From contig OZ024742.1 in assembly GCA_964016885.1 (NCBI GenBank), positions 1,426,001 through 1,490,000 on the forward strand: a stretch of DNA of 64,000 nt. Reading direction: 5' to 3'. Below, in pieces: positions 11,516-24,830 of the stretch (positions are counted from its first letter, which is position 1; the number at the start of each line of letters is the position of its first letter). Both the position numbers and the translations under genes were made by a program. This stretch comes from Eledone cirrhosa (Eukaryota). The notes under the pieces were generated by a model. It ran no database searches. It was not told the DNA's origin and worked only from the letters and a program-made list of their open reading frames with translations.

Positions 11516-11919
11516 CTTTGTTTTTTGTGTTGGAGTTTTCTTTCTGAAATGACCTTCTTTCATGGAAATCATTTTTGTTGGTAAAACTATTGTTGTTGCT
11601 GATCATCGAATCATTTCTTTCCATTCTTTTCTCTCCTGTTGCTCCTTCTCTTCCCCCTCGACCCCTTCCACCATAGTTAAATCCTCCACCTCTATTAAAT
11701 CCTCCAACTCTGCCTTCACCCCTATTAAATCCTCCACCTCTTCCTTCACCCCTGTTAAATCCACCTCCCCCTCTCTTATATCCACCTCCTCTGCTATATC
11801 CTCCACTTCCTCTCCTATATCCAGTGTTTCCCCCATCTCTGTCTGATGATATTCCTCGACTGCCATATTCAGAATGTCTTGCTCTACCAAACAAACCAAA
11901 ACCACGCCTGCCACCGAAT
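11516..11919 (-). CDS. SRFBP1: SRFBP1 exon 6 (RGG-rich)
   Basis: AG/GT, phase-compatible; FGGRRGFG...GGFNRGEGRGGGFNRG. Confidence 0.85.
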
Positions 11920-11987
11920 CTAAAAGAAATACACAACAACATTTAATATTGTATATACATTATGTGTATACAGAATGTATGTATATA

Positions 11988-12732
11988 TCATCATCATCAT
12001 CATCATCATCGTTTAACGTCCATGTTCCATGCTTGCATGGGTTTGGACGGGAGTTTTCCCACTTGAGGCAAGAGTGGTTGTCTTGCTCGCATAGGACTGT
12101 CTGGCGGGTTTTCTACAGTTGGATGCCCTTCCTAACACCAACCACATTTACAGTGTGGGGCTGGGAGGTATTTACCGTGTTGCTTACACGGCCACATTAC
12201 AGCGTGGTCTGTCTGGCGGGTTTTCTACAGCTGGATGCCCTTCCTAACACCAACCACATTTACAGTGTGGGACTGGGAGGTTTTTACCGTGTTGCCTACA
12301 CGGTGACATTACAGCGTGGACTGTGTGTTTTTTTGTCGTGACACCTACACGATCTCATTTGTTTCGGCCTGGATTTTGTGGCACCAACATAACTTTACAT
12401 TGAAAGGGGCGGTGTGGATGGGGTGGGGTTGGTGGGACGGGGGTGTATTTTGTTAGAGATGCCTACTGACTGTAGTAGGTTTTACTTTGTATTTAGGTAA
12501 GGCAGGTCTTCTCTATTACTGAGTACCGCCAAAGGTCTCGGTCCAGTGACATTGTCTTGGAGAGGTGTAAGTGTGTGAGGTCGGAATTTATCAGCTCGTC
12601 CCAGGTTTTTCTGGGTCTGCCTACTCCGTGGCTACCGTCTATCTTTATTGCCCTGCACTTTGCTATACAGCTGTCGTCTTTCATGCGCATCACGTGACCA
12701 TACCAACGTAGCCTTCTCTCGAGTAAACAACA
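11988..12732 (-). mobile_element. RTE LINE 3' fragment with internal 3'-UTR duplication
   Basis: CCLLERRLRWYGH...GRPRKTW; ~110-bp UTR segment repeated at ~12099 and ~12209; (GAT)n tail. Confidence 0.9.
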
Positions 12733-12783
12733 TATATATATATATATATATTGTATATACATTATGTGTAAACAGTGAATATA

Positions 12784-13435
12784 CAGGGTGTCCATAAAGT
12801 ACCTTTACAATTTAAGAAATAAATTACAAGGGCAATTGATGAGATATTTTAATCAAATTTGTTCTATGTTCTCAGTAGTTATCACAGTTTTTAATCAAAC
12901 TGCATTTGTGTATTTCGGGTATCATGTTGATGAAAGAGGTACTGTTAAATGAACCCCTAAAAAATGACTACTCCTCAAGAAAAGACACCGTGTGTCATGG
13001 TTTATTGAAACAGAATCTTTAACCAAGCATCATTTTTCAGCAAGATGGAGCACCACCATATTGGGGACTGCATGTTTGTGGGTTCCTAAATCAAACATTT
13101 CCAGACTAGTGAATTGGAAGGGATGGTCCAATACCCTGGCCACCTAGTTCACCAGATATCACTCCCCTGGACTTCTTTATGTTAAAGATATCGTGTATCA
13201 AAGATATGAGACATCACTGATCTAAAGCCAAAGATCACTGATGCTATTGCAAGAAATCTAGTACCCTCTTGATGTCCTTCATGCAATTAATGGTGCCCAT
13301 ATATAGGTGTATTAAATTAGTTACAAAAAACTTCAATATCTTCTCCTCATTTTGTAACAATTGTCACATATTTGTCTGTTCATTTGCTTTTGTAATACAT
13401 GTTTTTAATTGTAAAGAGATTTTATGGACACCCTG
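12784..13435 (+). mobile_element. Tc1/mariner DD41D-type transposon, internally deleted
   Basis: TA-flanked TIRs CAGGGTGTCCATAAA. Remnant FQQDGAPP...WPPSSPDITPLDFF has 41 residues between the 2nd and 3rd catalytic D, plus in-frame stops. Confidence 0.85.
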
Positions 13436-14061
13436 TATATACATTGTGCATATACAGAGTGAATACATAGATACATATATATATTGTATATACATTGTGA
13501 GTATATATACATAAATTATAAATACATAGTACCATGAACTCTCTGTGGAAGGAAGCTGCAGTAAAGGAAGACATTTCATTTTTGGTCTGCCTAATGCCAA
13601 CCATTTGACAGCACTTACTGGGAACATTTTATTATGATACTATCACTACCACCTTACAGGATGGATTGGTGGGTGATTTTCATTGTGGCACCGGTATTAT
13701 AAGTTTATGACACTGGCGAGCTTGCTGTCTCATCCTTGGCCAAGCAAGGGAGGCAGTGATGGAAGTGGGAGGTAAATTACATGTTTGCCAGGGGTGGGGT
13801 GAGAGAAAGGTGGCCTTAAAGAGAGTGATGTTGAGGGCAAGAGAGTATCATTCCATGTTGGCATGGTTGGATGAGGAAGGGAGTGAGGAGGGATGTGAGT
13901 GTTGGGTGACAAGGTGTAGTCTTGAAGTGAAGGAACTTCTGCCTACTAAATTTCATTGAAGAAAATTGTCAGCCCAAGACTATAGAAAAAGAAACTTGTT
14001 TAAGGTGCTGAGAAATGGGACTGAACCCTAAATTGAATATAACAAATATATATATATTTAC

Positions 14062-15020
14062 CCTGTAGTTTCTTCTGGGGTTGAATCAATTCGTTCATTG
14101 AGAGACAGAAACATGGAATGGTTTGCAAAGTTTGAGGAAAGTTGATTATCTTCATTGTCAACATTAGTTGACATATCTTCCTCACAGACATTAGTTCCAT
14201 GTGAAGAACCCATGGCAAAAAGATCATTTTCAGAGTTTCTGTTGTCATCTGAAGACAGTGTTGACATCAAGAAATCACCACTGACAGAATTTGCGGCACC
14301 AAAAATGTCATCAGATTCGATATCATCAAGATTAATTCTCCTAACAATCATTTGTTTTCTGCTTTCCTTTGGTACAGCGGTATTTTTATTTTTAACACTA
14401 CCAACAGCTTTACTTTGTTTATCTTTAGATTCTACATCTGTTGTCTCTTTATTATTTAATACCACATCTTCCATCTGTTTACTATTTAATTCTGCATCTG
14501 TTTTCTGTTCCTCTTTTGAGTTTACATCTGTTTTCTTCACCTTTCCAGCTACTTTATCTTCCACATTCACCCCACATGATATATCTTCATCAGATTTCAT
14601 CAGAACAGAATCACTTTTAGAGTTACAGGCTTTTCTTTTCTTGTCAATATTTTCAGTCTGTTTTGTAGAATTGCGGTTGCCTTTTAGTGTGAAAGTCTTA
14701 TCATCTGAGGAGACATTACCTTCCTCATCTTCCTCCTTTACATCTCTGTCATCATCATGACAGTCACTTGAAATTTCACTAGTTTTTTTATCAAGAAAGT
14801 TAGATATCAAAGCCTTCTTTGCTCGAATATTGATTTTCTTTTCTGCTTTACTTTTAGTGTTTTTGTTGTTCTTAATCTGACGCCCAGTACTTTGTGACTG
14901 GAGGAAAGCAGCTAAGGATTTCCAGTCAGGATGATTCTCCCGGAATTCAGACACAGACTTCTGAAGTTTCGGTTCATTTGCAAATCGCGCTAACGTCCGA
15001 CACTCAATAGTCTGGAATCC
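14062..15020 (-). CDS. SRFBP1: SRFBP1 exon 5 (large, charged low-complexity)
   Basis: 959 nt open, AG/GT; begins GFQTIECRTLARFANEPKL, comparable to human ERAIARLAVHPLL. Confidence 0.88.
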
Positions 15021-15187
15021 CTGTAAAATTCAATCCCCAAAAATGTTAATATACTTGATAACCCTATCATGGCCATATTTCTAATAAATTACACTATTAC
15101 ACTAGCTTTGAAAATAATAAAGAATTTGGAAAGACCTATAATAAATTAACCAACATTTTCATTATTAAGTTAATTTTTGGAACATAT

Positions 15188-15397
15188 ACTAAGTGTCTCA
15201 AAAAAATTAGATATCATTTGAGATGTAAATATTCCAGGAACTATTAAGTCTAGGACGAGACTGAGCAGGATTAATGTTGAGCACATAAGATTTATTCCTC
15301 AAAATTTGAATGAGAAATTCAAAGGATGTGAATTCCATGAATGATTTCTGGGATATTTACATCTCAAATAATATATAATATTTTGAAACAACCTGTA
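15188..15397. mobile_element. MITE-like element with imperfect TIRs
   Basis: TTTGAGATGTAAATATTCCAGGAA inverted with TTCTGGGATATTTACATCTCAAA; right end TTTTGAAACAACCTGTA is mariner-like. Confidence 0.55.
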
Positions 15398-15708
15398 TTA
15401 ACATAAGTTTCTTGCATAAATCTATGATGGATGATATTAATTTAAATATAAAGATTTTAAAATGAGAGGTTTCATATCTTAGAACCAAGAGGATCAATAA
15501 AATAAGTATCAGACATGAAAAAAATAGTTTTAGGGTAAATATCAGTGACTAAATCCCTTCAAGTACTCTAGCAAGGATGCACTCTAATTAAAGGAGTCTA
15601 TAAAAATCAAGAAGTAAGAATAACAAATGATTTAAGATCTAAAAGTGAGATTTCTTTTAAATAATATAAATTAATACTAAAGGTAAGTAAAAAAGAAAGG
15701 TGTCATAC

Positions 15709-15780
15709 CTTTGAACTAAGTTGAGCAAATGTGAAGGTGTTACCCAACACAAACCTAGAGATTGTGTCAGGCTTAACTTT
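15709..15780 (-). CDS. SRFBP1: SRFBP1 exon 4
   Basis: 72 nt; KVKPDTISRFVLGNTFTFAQLSSK, comparable to human ELKPDIVTKSALG. Confidence 0.88.
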
Positions 15781-15933
15781 CTGAAAAATAAAATAACATT
15801 CTAAATAAATCATTGAGGAAACTTAAGAAATAACAAATGTATGGAGTCAGTTTTTCTTGTTAAATATGGTAGGTAGACTTACTTGACACAAAGACCAAAT
15901 CTCAGTATTATATATATACATACACATATACAT

Positions 15934-15973
<40 letters not shown>

Positions 15974-15979
<6 letters not shown>

Positions 15980-16797
15980 TAAATAACAGATTAAAGTTTA
16001 AGCAAAGAATCGCTGCTTTCACCCTTAATGGGATCTTCTGAAACTAACAAAGTCAATCTGTAAATGCAGAACTGGATATTTCAAAAAACGTTGCAACCGG
16101 AGGAAGACAGGAAGACGATACTTTGGTTCGTGGAAACGTTCGCTGGCAAAGAACGGGAAAAAACGAATAATACGTCATTAATAGGAGCGGTGAAAAACAA
16201 TTACGCGCAAAGACAGAACCACGTATTGTATTTATTTACTTTGTTCTTAACTCTGTAGCGGAGATTCATTTGGTCTCCTAGTTAGAATTTTAGTCTACGA
16301 CTTCTGCTATACCATTTACGTGGTTTTGTCTTTGCGTGCTATTGTTCTCCACGCTCCACATATGACTTATTATCTTCGTTTTTTCTTTCATTGCCAGAGA
16401 ACGTCTCTATGCACCACCTAAGAGAACATTAGTCTACGACCTCTTTTATACCATAAACGTGGTTCTGTCTTTGCGCGTAATTGTTTTTCACCGCTCCTAT
16501 TAATGACGTATTATTCGTTTTTTCCCGTTCTTTGCCAGCGAACGTTTCCACGAACCAAAGTATCATCTTCCTGTCTTCCTCCGGTTGCAACGTTTTTTGA
16601 AATATCCAGTTCTGCGTTTACAGATTGACTTTGTTAGTTTCAGAAGATCCCGTTAAGGGTGAAAGCAGCGATTCTTTGCTTAAACTTTAATCTGTTATTC
16701 TAATAAATATTTGCTCTACGGTTCTTATATATTTGATATATATTTATCCTTATCGAGCCCTCTTTGGATTTTAGTCTTCAAATTTATTATTATTACT
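15974..16797. mobile_element. Fold-back element inserted in (TA)n, Penelope 3'-end-like
   Basis: ~260-bp near-perfect inverted arms (15974-16225 and 16457-16710); diverged ~140-bp internal direct duplication; related copy at 33852-33957. Confidence 0.75.
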
Positions 16798-17379
16798 ATA
16801 TATATATATATATATATACATACACATCCATATAAAGTGTGAAACTAATAGGACTTTTTGTACCTCTGTTTTGTTGTTTCCCTGAACTATATATATCATC
16901 ACCGTTTAACGTCAATTTTACCACACTTGCATGGGTTAGACAGGGTCGTCCACGCTAGGGGGTGAGTCTGGGCAGGTTGGCTATGTGTCGCACCTTGCTC
17001 CGGTGAGGACTGTAAATTGGCTGGGTATTTTTATAGCTGGATTCCCTTCCTCACACCAACCACATTTACAGAGTGGAACTGGATAGCTCCGTTATGAGGA
17101 GGGACAGACCAGTTGGCAGTGCCAAACCTGTCTCGGAGCCCGAGCCATCACACGGTGGAATTATAGCTTTGGAGCCCACTACTGGATAGCATCAATATGA
17201 GCCTAACTCATCTCACAGCATAGCCACAGTTTTGGGGCCCAGTACTGGATGACACCACTATGATGAGGGTCAGGTGAGGAACCACAGTTTGGGAGCCAGT
17301 CGTTGGATGGCACCACTATGAGAAGGGACAGGCCAGTTGGCTGCACCGAACCCCTCTCACAGCGGTACCCCAGTTTCGA

Positions 17380-17768
17380 ATCAGATCTAATAATAAAGAC
17401 AGTCTGATAGTGTTGACTAATAACATAGACATCAGATCTGATCCTGGATCAGATCTGATCTTGGATCAATTCAGATCCAATGCCAGATCAGATCCGATAA
17501 TAAACGCAGTCTGATTGATCACGGATAAGATCCAATGCCAGATTAGATTCAACAATACAGGCAGAGTGTTGAATAATAATACAGAACCAGATCCGATCCC
17601 GGATCTGTTCAGACCTGATGCCATATCAGATCCGATAATAAACGCAGTCTGATTGTGTTAAAAATGATATAGAGATCAGATAATACAGGCAGTCTGACAG
17701 TTTTGACTAATGATGCAGACATCAGATCTGATAATACAGGCAGTTTGATAGTGTTGACTAATACTATG
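17380..17768. repeat. Degenerate GATC-rich tandem repeat
   Basis: Recurrent ATCAGATCCGATAATAMRSGCAGTCTGAT units. Confidence 0.7.
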
Positions 17769-18146
17769 ATATATATATATGTGTGTGTATGTGTGTATGC
17801 ACATCCATCGAAGCATGCTTTGTTTGACATGGTTTTTTCAGCTGGATGCCCTTCCTAACAACAATCATTTTACAGGGTGTACTTGGTGTATTTTAACAAA
17901 GGACAAACACAGCCAAACAGCTCTCTCTCACCTGCACATACTGATATATCTACCACCAGTAGTTTAGTGGACATCACCTAATTCTTGAGACCCTCAGAGC
18001 AGCTGATGTTTTCACAGTTGTGTAGATGAGGGGGTGAATTTCTCTTGTTTAGACATGAATATGTATTGGTTTCCTTCCATTCAGACCAACACAAATATAA
18101 ATGTTATTAACATTAATTAATTAATGTATATTTTATATATAATTAC

Positions 18147-18222
18147 CTTCAAGGCAGTTATTTCTTTTAATAATGAATCGGAGTTTGTTTTGTTTTTCTC
18201 AATATTCGTTGCTTTTTCATTG
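18147..18222 (-). CDS. SRFBP1: SRFBP1 exon 3
   Basis: 76 nt; NEKATNIEKNKTNSDSLLKEITALK, comparable to human RLLEEIHAMK. Confidence 0.85.
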
Positions 18223-19133
18223 CTGTAATAAATATTTGGTACAAAGAATAAATAATCAGAAAATTATTATATTACTAATCATAATCGTTCTTGTCTGTTT
18301 TTCCACACTTGAATGGGATGGACAGGAAATCCCTTGAAATTCTTGATTATTTTCAAAATTATTTAAAAACCATAGACAATGTCTTTCATTAGAAATATAG
18401 TAACTAAATATGAAAAACACAAAATTCTAAAAAATCTAAAGTCTGCCTCAAGCTCAGAGGCTGATCAAGCCAGTGCTTAATCTATTTTCCATGGCATTAA
18501 ATGATATAGTACAAGACTCTCTCCTGGACAGGGACACCAGTCCATCACAGGGTTAAACCACCAGCTTTTGCTGGTAATCATTTTCAGCTGAGTATACAAA
18601 CAACCCAGTCGAGGAATGGAACCCAAGACATTATGGTCATAAGTCCAACATCCTTACCACTAAGCCATAGAGACATCTACATTTATACTTTTACTGACTC
18701 TTCAGTTGTGTTAAAGACATAACTTCTTTAGTGTTGATGAGATGACAAAACAAATCCATTACACCCTGTATAGTGGTTGGTTGTAGAAAGGATTTCCAAA
18801 CATAGAAAGCTCACCAAACAAAGGGTTGAGAGGATTCCTTAGTTTTGTCAAAGACATGACAACCTCCCTAGAGTTGGTGCCATAATAAATGCATCTAGTG
18901 CACTCTGTAGGGTGTGGGAATGTATGTAAATGAGATGCAGTCCCCAACCTATCTGAGAGGTTAGTAGCTCTAAATACTAACTTGGTCTATGATGACCCAT
19001 CCAACCTTTGCTAACAGGGATAAATGTACATTAAATGATGACATTTCTTCATAATTTAGAAAATCAAAACAAAATAAAAAAAAGTTAAATGCAAAAATTG
19101 ACAAAGTTTCTGTTAAATGAAAGGAAAACTTAC

Positions 19134-19222
19134 GTTTTATTATTCAACTGTTTTAACTGTCGAATCAATTTGGCCAAAACATGGGACTTAGATTTCTTAG
19201 TTATCTGTCGCATTGTGACAAT
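19134..19222 (-). CDS. SRFBP1: SRFBP1 exon 2
   Basis: 89 nt; IVTMRQITKKSKSHVLAKLIRQLKQLNNK, comparable to human [21 protein letters not shown]. Confidence 0.88.
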
Positions 19223-19265
19223 CTATAAAAACAAAATAAAACCAATTATAGTTAGAAATAAATAT

Positions 19266-19445
19266 TGTGCTGGTGACATGACAAAAAGCACCCAGTCCAC
19301 TCTGTAAGGTAGTCAGTTATGTTGGTGACATGACAAAAAGCACCCAGTCCACATTGTAAGGTGATCGTGCTGGTGACGTGACAAAAAGCGCCCAGTTCAC
19401 GCTGTAAAGTGGTCATGCTGGTGACATAACAAAAAGTACCCAGCC
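19266..19445 (+). repeat. Four tandem copies of a SINE-derived ~50-bp segment
   Basis: GCTGGTGACATGACAAAAAGCACCCAGTCCACWCTGTAAGGT; resembles the SINE segment GCAAAAAAGCACCCAGCACTCACTGTAAA. Confidence 0.75.
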
Positions 19446-20147
19446 TTCTGAGTGGAACTGGAAAGATAGTGTATACAGAAGGAATAATTGTTTCTAATTT
19501 AGGTACAAGGACAGCAATTTTAGAGGAAGGAAAAGTTGATTAAATCAACAATAGTACTTTATTTTATCTACTCTTTTCGTTTTCTTCGCCCACTTATTCC
19601 TGGGAGGCGGGGTCGTTGGAACAGAGTCCTCGTTCACGCCTTCAAATCAGTCCTGCCAGAAGCAACTATCTTCAATTTATTCGGCTGGATCCCCAAGCGA
19701 GACCAGCCAAGCTCATGGATGTTATCCAACCATCTTACTCGCACTCCACCTCTGGGTCTCCTGCCGGTTGGTTTTGCACTTGAAATCTGTCCCGCAATTC
19801 TTTCCTAAGACATTCTAACTGTAGTTATATCTACATAAAATTCAACTCCATCCCTAAAGTGGTATCACTGAAAATAGATCTCCTTTTAAGAAAAGTAAAA
19901 TATCTCGCCCGTTCGTATTGCCAGAGGTTTGAGGAGCAAAATACACATCTCACCTCCAACCCTACGTGAATGAACGATGAATCGGAGGAGGTATTTTCAA
20001 AGATTAAATGTCAAATTGAACTATTGTGTATATACATAATGAATCTGGTAAACTAGACGAAATATTTTCGTTTATTTATTTCGAGAACTAATGTCAACAA
20101 TTTCCAAACGAACTACACGTGGTAACAAGCAATGATGGAATACATAC

Positions 20148-20270
20148 CTTATTGTTTAAAGCCACTTTATCCAAAGATGACTCTTCTCCAAACTGTTTGA
20201 CTACATCTTTTGAGGTGTTTTCTTCCTTAGAAACCACACCCCCCTGTTTTATAGTATCTCCAGAAGCCAT
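20148..20270 (-). CDS. SRFBP1: SRFBP1 exon 1
   Basis: MASGDTIKQ...SLDKVALNNK|gtatgt; LNN(K/E) matches the family N-terminus. Confidence 0.8.
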
Positions 20271-21076
20271 ATTAAGAGATTTTAATGAAAATTACATTCA
20301 TTAAATTAAAACAACACAAATTACGGCCATTTTAATTTTATATGCGAAACTAAGCCTAGACATAAATAGACGTATATTGTGGAAATCGATGTATATATAT
20401 ATATATAACCTAATTGTTATCTTAGTACTACATTTTTTTCGTTTTATTAAAAATATGGATGTAATTTAAAATAGCATAGTTTTACTAATTTCAATTAATT
20501 TTCGTACCACTGCTGAAGTTAATATTCTCTATAGTCAGCCATGAAGTTAGATAACTCTGCCAGTCTCTAAATAATAGCCTCTAACACATATCATTACTGG
20601 TAACTTTTATATGAACGTCTTCAGAATATAATCCAATAGAAGTAATTTAGAGTCGGTAACATGGAAAATGTTTTGACAATCTAAATTCAAATAAAGGAGG
20701 ACAGTATTCTCAATTAACGTTTATACGCGCGCACATCTTGTAGACAACGAAATCGAAATCATTGAATATCGATTTAAACCCTTATATATATATAAGTATG
20801 GCTTCTGTTATCTAAGTTTAAAACAGTTCCACAGTTTTTTTTTAGTGGGGTAGAAGACATAATGTTCGGGATCCTTGAACATTTTCTACAACAGCAAGGG
20901 GGTGCCCCAGCATGACCACAGTCATAAGACTGAAACCAGTTAAAAGAATAACATAATTCTATGAAGCAGTGTTGAGGAGAATACATGGCTGGTTGTTGAA
21001 GTAGACAAGCGTTAAACGAGCTGGGGGAGGGAACAGAAAAGAGTTGTCTCCCTTGATTGCACGTCATTAGAAAAAG
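20271..21076. promoter_or_regulatory. Bidirectional promoter region SRFBP1/DCTN3
   Basis: Divergent ATGs 806 bp apart; locally more CpG. YY1-like AAAATGGCCG (-, 20324-20333) and AAGATGGCGG (+, overlapping the DCTN3 ATG). Confidence 0.65.
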
Positions 21077-21175
21077 ATGGCGGCTATATCAGAATCTGAC
21101 ATTCTTGAGAAACGGATCGGAATATTGGAACATTTGGTGTTTGGATTGTCTGATAAGGACACTGAATATCCAAAG
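21077..21175 (+). CDS. DCTN3: Dynactin subunit 3 (p24) exon 1
   Basis: MAAISESDILEKRIGILEHLVFGLSDKDTEYPK|gtaagt, comparable to human LQARVEELERWVYG. Too short for the ORF track. Confidence 0.85.
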
Positions 21176-23527
21176 GTAAGTTAAATTTGGAATAGAGGAG
21201 GGCTTCTTTGTTTTTAGGTACGTAAAATTGAAGCATCCAGACGTAAAAGTATTACATATGATAAGATATTCGTGTTAACTGCAATTATAGACGAAATGGA
21301 AATATTGTCTTGGAAATAATTTTTGATGTACAGAAAATAACTTGAAATATAAAACATCTGGAAAAATAATGATTTTTTTGTTTAATGAATCTGGGTTAAT
21401 TTGGTGCGAATTTCATATTTAATAAATGAATCAACGCATAACAGTTGTATTCACAGGATAGATTTGACTCAGAATAATTATTTCCTACAGGATATTCACA
21501 AGATAATGTTTATATACAGCTGACTTTCTTATATATATAATATTAATTCACAATTAAAGTGACGCGATATATTATACGTACCTAGAACGAAATATACCTG
21601 CATAAGTAAACGGTGCAGGGGCGGATGATGCGAGGAAAACATTCAGTTGTATATTTCACAATTATTTATTTCATCAGTGGCGATCATTAATTATAGCATC
21701 CCACTTTCACTGTATCAAGCTGTAGTTAGTATAATTAATTTATTTTACGTTATGTTACAGTTCTCTCAGTAAGTGAAGATGTTTTGGGCGGGTACTCTTT
21801 CAGTATTGGTACGTTAATTGTTATTGATATGTTAATTAAGATTCATTATGCTAGTAAGGCACTATACCTCACCCACGGTGACATGCTCCAGTATGGCCTA
21901 TCCACGCAACCCCTGCATGTGAATCTTTTCAGTAGAGTGTGCATACTCTCCACGCATTCCATTTTGTAACACCTAATGTATTTTCCGTGTATAAATCCAC
22001 GTGTGTATCTCGTACTTCTCTGATGTATGTACTCTCATATGCATACACGTTTCTTTATTTTATATAGGATAGAAGAGGTCCTTGACAAACTGGACTAGGG
22101 TATCAACATTGATGGGGTCACTGGAGGGGCGCCGTAGTGATATACATCGTGTCTTTTATTTCATTTTTTGTTTGGTTTATAGTTTGTTGTGTGAAGAATA
22201 CCAGGTACTTTACTAATATTGAAGTCCGTATGTTCTCATGTTTTTCATGTGTGTTAAATAATAGTTCATAAAGTCACGTTAATTATTACATTCTTTCAGT
22301 TTGCTCCACCAGAAAGTTCTCCCATATTTGTAAGTACTTTGTCCAGAAAAAAAAAAGCTTCATTTGCTATAAATTATAAAATACTGTCTGCATTTAATTT
22401 ATCTAAAAATATATTATATATATTTTTGTATATATTTATATTTTGTCACTACTTTTGTTGTTGCTCTTGTACTTTAGCAACCCTACTTTTCATTTCACAT
22501 TACTATACTCAGCTGAAAATGAGTACCAACGTAGCTGGGGGTTTAAACCATTAGCATTTAAAGCGGCCGTATCCGGCCAGAATTCTCTCACCTCTTTCTG
22601 TTATAACTGGCCGTAATCAGCTACTCATACCGACGTTAGGGTATTGTTCTCAATCTCGTAGATTAGATATTATGTGAGATAATTGTGTAAGATAAAGCCT
22701 TTACCACAAAAATACAATAGTATATATAGAGTAATGTAAATGCTAAAGGGTTAACCTTGCAATGGACTGGCATCCTGTCCGGGGGGGGGGGGGGTGTCTT
22801 GTACTATCAGTCGCTTCACGCTATAGAAACTGGAATAAGCACCAGTCTGATGAGTATTCGGGCTTGATACAGACTTTAACCCTGTGATGAATTGGCATCA
22901 TTTCATCGGGGAAGTCTTCTACTCTATCACTCCATGCTACAAAGACTGGAATATGTACCAGGCTTGAGACACTTTAGACTTCAGACATTCAAATTGCTGC
23001 AGAGCTTATCAGTTTCAATGACAAGTTTTCTTACCTGGGCAATCATTTTTCAGAAGGAGAAGGGCCTGTTGGTTAGGGTGTTGGACACACAATCATAAAG
23101 TTGTAGGTTCGATTCCTAGAGCAGATGGCTCTGTTTGTTCTTCTGGAATTCATGATGCTTAAAGCCTCAGTAGTCAAGCAAAACAGTCAGCATCACCTTG
23201 ATTATTGCTCTGCACTTTACATGATTGTTTGGGGTGTTGACAACATTGGATGTTTCCACTATAATGACTGCTTTCTGGATCAAAGCCATACACCCACATC
23301 TCATATCCTGTTGTCATGGTATTCAGATCCTGTGCCGAGTAAATAGTATAGCACCTCACACTTTGGCTGCCTAACAGCAACTGACCTATCCTCTGAGCTT
23401 GCCAAACACCACACACACAGGAATATATGCACTTTTGGCTCCCTAATGCACTGGAAAAAATAAAGTTGAATATTTATTCAACAGACCTCATTAAATATAT
23501 TTATTGTCTTCTTGGAGAGTAGAAAGA

Positions 23528-23835
23528 ATACACACACACACACACACACACACAGAACACACACAGTCACACTCACAACACACACACCACACACACAAAC
23601 AGAACACACAGTCACAACACACACACCACACACACACACAGAACACACAGTCACAACACACACTCACAACACACACCACACACGACACACACAACGCACA
23701 CACACAATACACTCATACAATACACACACACACACAATACATACATACACACACACACAATACACATGCACACAATACATACATACACACACACAATACA
23801 TATCCACACACACACAATACATATACCCACATACA
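23528..23835. repeat. (CA)n-rich compound microsatellite
   Basis: Direct reading. Confidence 0.9.
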
Positions 23836-24639
23836 TTGATATCTATTTGTATCGTTCTCCAAAGAACTTTGTGCCATTAATAGTTTGACAGAAACATCTT
23901 ATTTCTTCAACTGCTGTCTTTTATATTCTTCAGACTTTTCTCTGCTTCAATGTCTTCTTACCATTTTGTTTTGTACTTTTTTGTTGGTTATGGTGTTGGG
24001 CTGATGATTGTAAAATTGTGAAGTTGACTGAGAAACACATTGTGTCCTTGAGCAAGTCATTTTATTTCATATTGCTTCAGTATATTCAGTTGGATAAAAT
24101 AAGTAGCTCTGTGATAACTCTGGTGGTAAATTGTATTGATGTTTGCCTTTCTTCTGGACACCATTGGTGGTGTGGAGAGGCACAACTGTCATGCAGAGAG
24201 GTAACTGTTGGTCTTCTGCTGAACACCTTGCCCGGGCTTGTTCATAGAAGAGGAACTTTCCAGTTGAAACCCCACGATGATCACTGAAAGGAGGCCTAGG
24301 GTCATCATTTTATCTCTCAAAGACTTCAGTAATGAAGAGATAACTTAAATTTAAAATGTTTGTTTTCTCCTATTATATTCCTGTTGAAATAATGTCTCCT
24401 TTAATGAATGATCACAGGAGCAGGGATTGTTCTACCTTATATGGTAAACTGAACATTGTTTTATATATATAGGTGTTAGGAAGGGCACCCAGCCATAGAA
24501 AACCTGCCAGATAGTCCTATATGAGCGAGACACGGTCACCTGACCAAGCTTGCCTCAAGTGGGACAACTTCCATCTAACCCATGCTAGCGTGGAAGATGG
24601 ATGTTAAACGTAGATGATGATGATGATGAGTGTGTGTGC

Positions 24640-24722
24640 AGGACAGGAGGCTGCACTGGTATGGACATGTGATGCACATGGATGATAATTGGTGGATTAA
24701 GAAGTGCCAAGTAATTATTATG
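24640..24722 (+). mobile_element. Short RTE LINE fragment
   Basis: Encodes RRLHWYGHVMHMDDNWWIKKCQ. Confidence 0.7.
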
Positions 24723-24798
24723 GATAGATGTAAATTTACTTAATTGTTTTAATAGAAAGCTGCTCTAGATAAGCCCCCCCCCCCCACCCACCTCTCTT

Positions 24799-24830
<32 letters not shown>

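Noticed and set aside
14155-14760. 201 aa + strand ORF (and 11562-11846, 11603-11914)
   Set aside because: Antisense or alternative-frame shadows of SRFBP1 exons.
23478-23880. His/Thr- and Cys/Val-rich ORFs (also 35530-35966, 51559-51885, 59741-60118)
   Set aside because: Microsatellite translations.
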